IMG/VR virus record: IMGVR_UViG_3300045988_060455
Span: 1-44,307 of that record
Direction: 5' to 3' (one strand)
DNA length: 44,307 bases
Source: a virus
Position 1 is the first letter of the stretch, and every line of letters begins with the position of its first letter. Below are positions 37,968 to 44,307 of the stretch, in pieces. The notes under the pieces were generated by a model that worked only from the letters and a program-made list of their open reading frames with translations, was not told the DNA's origin and made no database searches. The translations under genes and the position numbers were made by a program.

Positions 37968-38266
37968 TCGGCGTGGAAGGATATAAACGGATGGTCTCGA
38001 CCATTCGTCTGGATTTGCTGGAACTTTTCGGCAAGTCCTATATCCTCGACCACATCAAAAAAGAAATCAGAAACCACGATGAAGTTCAATTCTACCGCGA
38101 TTGCGTAGCAGATGCCGTTGGCGGCCTTGCGGGAGCTGACGCTCTTTATTCCTACGTTGCTTCGTATACATTCCCGCTTTATGTAAAGCAGATCGACAAG
38201 CGGTCTGCGGCGGAGATCACGGAAGAAAACAGCAAGGCTCTTGAAGAGCTGTGCGGAGGGGGGTGA
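37602..38266 (+). CDS. Tail assembly chaperone frameshift product (gpGT-like)
   Basis: Fusion of the 0 frame up to 37952 with the -1 frame ORF (track 37964-38266: ..EILDVIGVEGYKRMVSTIRLD..). Confidence 0.65.
37946..37952 (+). promoter_or_regulatory. -1 programmed frameshift slippery site T_TTT_TTG
   Basis: In the 0 frame it reads gaT TTT TTG. The -1 frame continues for about 105 codons to 38266. Confidence 0.75.
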
Positions 38267-38287
38267 TGGAACCTGAAACTTTTTGAA

Positions 38288-41020
38288 TTGAGCGCCACCC
38301 TCGGGCTGGACGACAGCGCCTACCGCCAGGGCATCCAGAATGTGCAATCCGAGACGAAAAAAACCGTTTCGTCGCTGTCAGGAGAGTACAGCAAGGCCGC
38401 AAAGGCCGTAGTGGAGCTGACCAGACGCTACAACGAGTCGGTGGGCAAGACCGGCAAAGCGTCCTCTGAGACCAAAAATCTCAAGACCATGTTGTCGCAG
38501 GCAGAAGCGCAGCTCAGGGCAACCACGACCGCGCTGAAAGCTGCAAACAACGGAATGGATGGCTTTGCCAGCTCCACGGAGAAAGCGTCCGGCAAATCTC
38601 TGGCCAACGCCATTACACAGGGCACGGTGATGGCGAACGTTTTCTCGAAGCTCGGCTCCGTTGCGCTCAGCGCCGCAGAGGGGTTCATCTCTTCCGGCAT
38701 CGAGTACAACGCCCAGATCGAGAAATACACCACCGGCTTTACCAATATGCTGGGCAGCGCGGAAGCCGCCCAGCAGGTCATGAGCCAGATCCAGGAAGAC
38801 GCGGCAAAAACCCCGTTTGATGTCGAGTCCCTGACAAAGGCGAACCAGTTCCTGATCTCTGCAGGCGAGAACGCTTCCTATGCCCGCAGTACCATCATGG
38901 CACTGGGCGACGCGGTCTCTGCGACCGGCGGCGGCAACGACGAGCTGAACCGCATGTCCCAGAACCTGCAGCAGATCGCCAACACCGGCAAGGCTACAAC
39001 GGCCGATATCAAGCAGTTTGCTTATGCCGGCATCGACGTGTACGGCATTCTGGCCGACTACACAGGCAAGTCCACCGCCGAAGTGCAGAACATGACCATC
39101 AGTTATGATCTGCTGACGCAGGCTTTGCAAGCCGCATCCGAAGAGGGCGGACGTTACTACAACAGCATGGACACCCAGAGCCAGACCATGAATGGCCGCG
39201 TGTCTACCCTGAAGGACAATGTGAAGCAGCTGGCAGGATTGCTGACCGGCGATTTATCCAGCGGCATCGGCGTTGCGATTGGCAAGCTGAATGACATGGT
39301 CGTCGTAGCACAGGAAGCTTATAAGCTTGACGGATGGAGTGGCCTTATCGGGAAAATAACAGGTCTTACCACCGTCATTGACAAGGCCAAATCTTCTGCT
39401 GTTGGCCTGAAAGCTGTCTTTGACGCGCTGAAAAGCGGAGAAATCGGCATTTTCCACGGTGACTGGGACGCTGTCTACCAGAAAGCTTTTAACAACGACT
39501 ACCAAAACAAAAAGGCCGGCAAAAAAGACACAAACTACTGGAAAGAATACGGCGAGCGTCTGAAAAAGCAGTACGGAGTAAAAGAAACCAACAGCAGCTC
39601 CATCGTCACCACAGGTGGTGGCAGCGGCTCTTCCGGCGGCAAAAGATCCGGCTCCTCCGGTTCCAAGTCCACCACCGAAACGGTCATTTCGTCCATCTCC
39701 AGCACGGCTACGACCACCGCACAGAACGCGCTGGGCGCTGTGACCACCAGCATCCAGACCCTCACCGAAAAGGTCAAGGACAGCTCCGGCAAGATCAAAG
39801 ACCGCATCACCGAGACCACCACCACGACCGGCAAGGAGATGGTGAACGGCGTTGCCACGACCTTTAAGCAGGTCGAGACCAAAGTCAACGGCACGGTCAC
39901 AAAGGTCACAAAGACCTATGACGACATGTCAAAAACGCTGCTGGGCACCTTTACCAACGTCTCGGAAACCACCTTTAACGGCATCACCACAAAGGTGCAG
40001 CAGGCAGTGGAAAAGTACGCGGACGGCAGCGAGCATATCAAGAAGACCGTCACAGAGACCGGCCAGCGCATCGGCGAGAACGGCGCGGAGACCTACGAGA
40101 AGATCATCACCTACATCGACGGAATCGAAGATAAGGTGAATGAGACCTCTACGCTCATCGACAAGAGCGTGAATGGCACCCAGAACCGCATTGATAAAAA
40201 TTTAAGCGGCATATCCGAAGAGCTGAATAAGGGAATTTTTGGTCTGGTAAAGAATTTCTTTAATGATGCCCAAAATGGAAACTGGGGAAATCTTGCGCTA
40301 GATTTTGTCAATCTGATCTGGGGCGAAGTGTCTCAGGATCAGCGGGATGCCCTTATGGACTGGGGACACAATGCGCTGAAAGCTATCAATGAGGGCTACT
40401 TCAGCGGCGGCATCGGCAAGGCGCTGGGGTCTATCCAGAGCATCTTCACAAACGGCATTACCGGCAGTGTGGATGGTGCCACTACGTCTGTAAAGGCGTT
40501 CTCTGAGATCGTCAGCGGTCTTGCAGGCTCCGGCGGCGTGGGCGGCACTCTGGGCAGCATTGTGCAGGGCTTTTCCGGCATGGCGGGGAGCATCACCTCT
40601 TCGCTGGGCAGTATCGTGTCTTTTATCATGTCGAACCCCGTCCTTGCCCTGATCCTGGGCGTGGGCGCGGTCGCTGGCGGCATCGGCCTTGCCATGTGGA
40701 TGAACAAAAAGAACGACCAGCAGGCCGTCAGCCACTACCAGAGCCCCTTTGACAAGACCGGCGTGTATGACAGTCTGGGCACCTTCTCCACCCGTGCGGC
40801 CCTGCAGTACCGCGTCACCGGCCAGCAGTCCATCGTTGACCGGCAGACCAGCATTCTGGAACGCATCGAAGGGATGCTGGACGAGCATCTGCCGGACATC
40901 GGCAAGGGTCAGGTGGTCATGGACTCCGGTGAGCTGGTGGGCGTGCTGTCGCCCCGCATGGCGACCAACGTGGATGCACGCATCGGCGTGACGGTGACAC
41001 GGAAAGCGAGGGGTGTGTAA
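38288..41020 (+). CDS. Tail tape measure protein
   Basis: 910 aa with a TP901-type core (..TPFDVESLTKANQFLISAGEN..ATTADIKQFAYAGIDVYGILAD..), an S/G/T linker and Gly-rich TM segments. The start is uncertain (see findings). Confidence 0.85.
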   Translation: MSATLGLDDSAYRQGIQNVQSETKKTVSSLSGEYSKAAKAVVELTRRYNESVGKTGKASSETKNLKTMLSQAEAQLRATTTALKAANNGMDGFASSTEKASGKSLANAITQGTVMANVFSKLGSVALSAAEGFISSGIEYNAQIEKYTTGFTNMLGSAEAAQQVMSQIQEDAAKTPFDVESLTKANQFLISAGENASYARSTIMALGDAVSATGGGNDELNRMSQNLQQIANTGKATTADIKQFAYAGIDVYGILADYTGKSTAEVQNMTISYDLLTQALQAASEEGGRYYNSMDTQSQTMNGRVSTLKDNVKQLAGLLTGDLSSGIGVAIGKLNDMVVVAQEAYKLDGWSGLIGKITGLTTVIDKAKSSAVGLKAVFDALKSGEIGIFHGDWDAVYQKAFNNDYQNKKAGKKDTNYWKEYGERLKKQYGVKETNSSSIVTTGGGSGSSGGKRSGSSGSKSTTETVISSISSTATTTAQNALGAVTTSIQTLTEKVKDSSGKIKDRITETTTTTGKEMVNGVATTFKQVETKVNGTVTKVTKTYDDMSKTLLGTFTNVSETTFNGITTKVQQAVEKYADGSEHIKKTVTETGQRIGENGAETYEKIITYIDGIEDKVNETSTLIDKSVNGTQNRIDKNLSGISEELNKGIFGLVKNFFNDAQNGNWGNLALDFVNLIWGEVSQDQRDALMDWGHNALKAINEGYFSGGIGKALGSIQSIFTNGITGSVDGATTSVKAFSEIVSGLAGSGGVGGTLGSIVQGFSGMAGSITSSLGSIVSFIMSNPVLALILGVGAVAGGIGLAMWMNKKNDQQAVSHYQSPFDKTGVYDSLGTFSTRAALQYRVTGQQSIVDRQTSILERIEGMLDEHLPDIGKGQVVMDSGELVGVLSPRMATNVDARIGVTVTRKARGV

Positions 41021-41760
41021 TGGCTAAGCTTCTGGGCGCAAAAATTGGGGACTATCACACCCTGAAAGACTGGGGGCTGTATCTCAAGGTGGGCAGTCCC
41101 AAGATCGGCGCTGCCGAGGTGGACGAGTACCTTGTACAGGTCACCGGGTCGGACACCCTGCTCAACCTCACCACATGGGACGATGGCAAGGTGCACTATA
41201 AAAAGCGCACCATCACCATGGAGCTGCTCTGCAATGCCCCGAAAAGCAAGTGGCCCAGCATCGAAAGCACCATCGCCAACGCCATCCACGGCAAGTGGCT
41301 GCAGTGTAAGTTCGACGAGGATCCCACGTGGTACTGGGAAGGGCTGTGGAAGGTATCGCCGTCCCGCGACCGGCTTTCCAGCACCTTTACCATCACCGGC
41401 ACCTGCAACCCCTTCAAGCGCAGCGTCTACGATGGCTCGAACGATTGGCTGTGGGATGACTTCAACTTTGAAACGGATATTGTGCGCAACTACACGGACA
41501 TCCCGCTCAAGGCGGGCGAGGATAAAGAGGTGTCCATCACCGGTGCACCGCGTGCGGCCGGCATCTACTTCCAACGCAGCGAGACCGCCGCCGACATCGC
41601 GGTGTCTCTCAATGGCTTTGAGGTAGGCATTCTGGCCAAGTCCACCGACTGGCAGTATATCGAGGGCCTTACCATGCCGGATGGCGTGGTGGGCACCCTC
41701 GTTTTCTCTGCGTCTGCGGACTGCAACATCAGCATCAAGTATCTGGGGGCAAGCCTATGA
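41020..41760 (+). CDS. Distal tail protein (Dit)
   Basis: 246 aa, directly after the tape measure gene, with an overlapping start (TAATG). Confidence 0.7.
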   Translation: MAKLLGAKIGDYHTLKDWGLYLKVGSPKIGAAEVDEYLVQVTGSDTLLNLTTWDDGKVHYKKRTITMELLCNAPKSKWPSIESTIANAIHGKWLQCKFDEDPTWYWEGLWKVSPSRDRLSSTFTITGTCNPFKRSVYDGSNDWLWDDFNFETDIVRNYTDIPLKAGEDKEVSITGAPRAAGIYFQRSETAADIAVSLNGFEVGILAKSTDWQYIEGLTMPDGVVGTLVFSASADCNISIKYLGASL

Positions 41761-43400
41761 GTTACAAGATCTATGCCGGCACACAATCCGGTGTTGACAC
41801 GTGGGTGACCAAAGCCTGCATCTACGACCCCGGGGACATCACCGACACCAAAAAGCTCATCAGCCCCACGCTGACCCGCGAGGTAGGCAAGGCCGGCTCT
41901 CTGGAATTCACCCTGCCGCTGGGCAATGTGGCGCACTCCGCGCTGCAAAAGCTCATGACGGTGGTGGAGGTGCAGCAGGACGATAAGCAGATCTGGCAAG
42001 GCCGCGTCATGAGCCACGAGCAGGATTTTCTGGTGCACCAGAAAGTCTACTGCGAAGGCGAAATAGCCTACCTCAACGACAGCGGCGCCGCGCCTTACAG
42101 AGCCGAAAACGTGAGTTTTTCCCAGTTTCTGGAGTGGGTCTGCGCCAACCACAATACGCAGGTGGACTCTTTCAAGGCTTTCACCCCCGGCAAAGTGCAG
42201 ATGGACACCCCTATGGTGGTGCCCTACATTGACGGGCTCAAGGTGGTGCAGGACGGCTATCACTATGACTCTGACGATGGCGATTATGTGTATCACTGGG
42301 CAATCAAAAATCCGTTGGGTGGAAACTCGCTTTTTTATGAAGAAACCGAGGACAGCACCGCTTCCTGCCTGAGCTGGGAGCTCAACACAGAACGTATGTC
42401 TGATGGCTATGTACTCTCCCGCATTGGTGACAACAATTTCCGTATGCGGCTGCCTGTGGCCTACGCAAACGGAAAGACGTGGAATGCAAGCGTCAGCGTT
42501 GCAAACGCATATGTTTCCTGTCCGATCTGTCCCAAGGACTTTGGCACATACTCCATCTACGACATCACAAAAGGCACTGAATCCAGCACCTACAAGATCA
42601 CCGAAAAAGGCGGCTCGTACAGTCTTGCGATCAACGGCAAGGCTGACAGCCGCTTTGCTTTTGACACCAAAGAACCCACTTACAGCTTTGGAGATGGCAA
42701 AAATTACGGAAAAACGCTGGACATCCTGCAAAGTGAACTCACGGACAAGTACGGCGGCTATTTTGTGATCCGCCATGGGTCGGTAAATCTCCCGTTTTTT
42801 GGGCAGCAGAAGTACCGCTACCTGGATTATCTGCAGAAGATCACGGACAAGAACCCACAGACCATTGCCTTTGGGGTCAACATGTTGGATCTGACCAGCT
42901 ACACCAAAGCTGAGGACATCTGCACACGAGTCATCGCCTTTGGCACAACAACTGAGAAAACGTGGCCTTTTGTGGATATCCAGAGCATCATCTCCCAGAC
43001 AGCCAATGACATCAAGGCGCAAAAGATCTACGGCATCATCACCAAGGTGATCCATGTCGAGGGCAATTACAACAGCAGCCAGTCTTTGCTGGATGCTGCA
43101 GAGGAAGAGCTGGCAAAAAATCTGCGGTACCTGAACGGCATGGCCGTGAAGGCTGTGGATCTGAAAGACGCGGGCATCGATATCGACCGCCTTGCCATCG
43201 GCAAGCAGACGCATATCTTTTCTGCGGCCCACGGCGTGGATACGTGGCTGCTGTGCTCCAAGCTGGTGGAACCGCTGGATGCACCGGATAAAAAGGAGTT
43301 TACCTTTGGCACCGAGTTTTCCAGTCTCAGCGATCTGCAGTCTCTGACTGCCCGCAAGGCGTCTGACGCTTACGACCTGAGCCGGGCGCTCAAGGGCTGA
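41757..43400 (+). CDS. Tail-associated protein (Tal / prophage tail endopeptidase family)
   Basis: 547 aa. N-terminal ..SLEFTLPLGNVAHSALQKLMTVVEVQQDDKQIWQGRV.. is typical of the Tal N-domain. Confidence 0.7.
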   Translation: MSYKIYAGTQSGVDTWVTKACIYDPGDITDTKKLISPTLTREVGKAGSLEFTLPLGNVAHSALQKLMTVVEVQQDDKQIWQGRVMSHEQDFLVHQKVYCEGEIAYLNDSGAAPYRAENVSFSQFLEWVCANHNTQVDSFKAFTPGKVQMDTPMVVPYIDGLKVVQDGYHYDSDDGDYVYHWAIKNPLGGNSLFYEETEDSTASCLSWELNTERMSDGYVLSRIGDNNFRMRLPVAYANGKTWNASVSVANAYVSCPICPKDFGTYSIYDITKGTESSTYKITEKGGSYSLAINGKADSRFAFDTKEPTYSFGDGKNYGKTLDILQSELTDKYGGYFVIRHGSVNLPFFGQQKYRYLDYLQKITDKNPQTIAFGVNMLDLTSYTKAEDICTRVIAFGTTTEKTWPFVDIQSIISQTANDIKAQKIYGIITKVIHVEGNYNSSQSLLDAAEEELAKNLRYLNGMAVKAVDLKDAGIDIDRLAIGKQTHIFSAAHGVDTWLLCSKLVEPLDAPDKKEFTFGTEFSSLSDLQSLTARKASDAYDLSRALKG

Positions 43401-43414
43401 GAAAGGAGAGATTT

Positions 43415-44284
43415 ATGGACAAGACCTTTGACGAAGCAATCGCGGGAGTTCGCACAGCAGAGCGCGGTGTGGAAGTCCGCGAGGACATCGCACAAGGCAT
43501 GGAGTACGTCAAGCAGTACGCCGAGGAAGTGACAGACCAGCAGCAGGCCGCCCTGCAGGCCGCTCAGACCGCCACCGGAGCAGCCAGCACCGCGACGGAA
43601 AAGGCTGCAGCGGCTGCAGAAAGCAAAAGCGTGGCCCAGACTGCCGCCGCCAGCGCGGCCAAAAGTGCACAGTCATCGTCCGCAGACGCAAAGAGTGCGG
43701 GAAACTCTGCCGCTTCCGCCGAAGAAAGTGCGAACAGGGCTGCGGCCATTGTAAGCACCGACAAGACGCTGAGCGTTGAGGGCGCCCCGGCTGACGCAAA
43801 GGCTGTTGGTGACGCGATGAAAGGCGTGATAAGCGCAGACGCTGTAAAGACCTTGATTGCGGACGCTCTGGCAGAAGACCACGCGAAAATCAAATTTTGG
43901 GTTTCGGTAGATTCCACCAGCCCCGCCGCACTGTTCGGCGGTACATGGCAGGAGATCGCGCAGAACCGGGTTCTGATGGGTGCGTCCTACGCCCACGCAG
44001 CGGGCACCACAGTGGAAGCCGGACTGCCCAACATCACAGGTAGCTTGAGCGAAACCACAAACAACGGTGACAACTCGCCGTTTCGCGGCGCTAATAATGC
44101 CATTTCATCGATAGGTGCTTTGTCAGTTACAGAAGTTAATTCTTCTTGGGTTAGTTACAATGAAAAGTCAGGTTCGGCGTACAATATTGATTTCGATGCT
44201 TCTCGCTCGAATTATATCTACGGCCGCAGCAGCACCGTGCAGCCCGCCGCCTACTATGTGCACATCTGGCACCGCGTGGCCTGA
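43415..44284 (+). CDS. Tail fibre / receptor-binding protein 1
   Basis: An Ala-rich coiled coil, an EGAPADAKAVGDA motif, and a C-terminal AT-richer domain (..GLPNITGS..FDASRSNYIYGRSSTVQPAAYY..). Confidence 0.75.
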   Translation: MDKTFDEAIAGVRTAERGVEVREDIAQGMEYVKQYAEEVTDQQQAALQAAQTATGAASTATEKAAAAAESKSVAQTAAASAAKSAQSSSADAKSAGNSAASAEESANRAAAIVSTDKTLSVEGAPADAKAVGDAMKGVISADAVKTLIADALAEDHAKIKFWVSVDSTSPAALFGGTWQEIAQNRVLMGASYAHAAGTTVEAGLPNITGSLSETTNNGDNSPFRGANNAISSIGALSVTEVNSSWVSYNEKSGSAYNIDFDASRSNYIYGRSSTVQPAAYYVHIWHRVA

Positions 44285-44307
44285 GAAAGGAGGTTTTGAC
44301 TTATGAA
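44253..44307 (+). repeat. Terminal overlap copy 2 (identical to 1-55)
   Basis: Exact 55/55 identity read directly. It contains the tail fibre stop (44282-44284), the RBS and the ATG of the gene that starts at 51. Confidence 0.95.

Larger units (their letters stand above)
1..44307. mobile_element. Complete temperate siphovirus-like phage/prophage genome, circularly closed (44,252 bp unique)
   Basis: A full set of lysogeny, replication, packaging, head, tail and lysis modules is present. The window ends overlap by an exact 55-nt repeat, so the tail fibre gene at 43415-44284 is contiguous with the gene at 51. Confidence 0.85.

Noticed and set aside
1-44307. Genome-wide stop-codon reassignment (TGA read as sense), prompted by the in-frame TGA at 22703 and the phage tRNAs.
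   Set aside because: Many well-defined genes end precisely at TGA with the next gene's RBS or start overlapping it: endolysin 1304-1306, terL 28523-28525, rusA 24905-24907 and gpG 37965-37967. Protein lengths are normal under the standard code. At most a local read-through is plausible.

Overview
The window is one complete, circularly closed genome of a temperate siphovirus-type phage or prophage. Unique length is 44,252 bp: nt 1-55 recur exactly at 44253-44307. GC is high and the gene content looks Clostridia-like; the host assignment is inference only. Order round the circle: sigma-r4-like late regulator (25055); a 1.3-kb tRNA and structured-RNA locus; terS and PBSX-type terL; portal; Mu-F/gp7-like morphogenesis protein. 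Next comes an AT-rich moron island with an XRE repressor, three palindromic operators, divergent near-consensus promoters, an attenuator-like leader and a BRO/KilAC antirepressor. Then an HK97-gp10-like protein, a lipoprotein and a second CAT tRNA; scaffold, major capsid, connectors and major tail protein; the G/G-T chaperone with a T_TTT_TTG slippery site; tape measure, Dit, Tal and tail fibre 1. Across the window origin lie small fibre-associated genes, a GH25 endolysin and two membrane/holin genes. These are followed by a second tail-fibre cassette with a collagen repeat, then terminators and a small divergent HTH cassette. A 7-gene cargo operon of Q/N/G/C-rich and BclA-C-like proteins follows. 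After it come attP (a tRNA 3' fragment plus arm repeats), a tyrosine integrase, a CI-like repressor, an Ltp-like exclusion protein and a second XRE switch with a 600-nt leader. The early region holds AntA/KilAC, a Sak4-like ATPase, a DUF669 SSB, a DnaD-like initiator with iterons, Gp157, DUF551 paralogs, ASCH and RusA. The most interesting items are: (1) the protein-poor array of tRNA-shaped modules at 25.5-26.8 kb, which includes a Lys(UUU)-like tRNA with A33 and a 68-nt variable-region insertion; (2) the attP-proximal cargo operon, which resembles spore-coat or exosporium-type proteins; (3) the repressor/attenuator-gated antirepressor island inside the structural operon; (4) an in-frame TGA in a DUF551 paralog; (5) several apparent single-base frameshifts. 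All domain calls come from motif recognition by eye; no searches were run.
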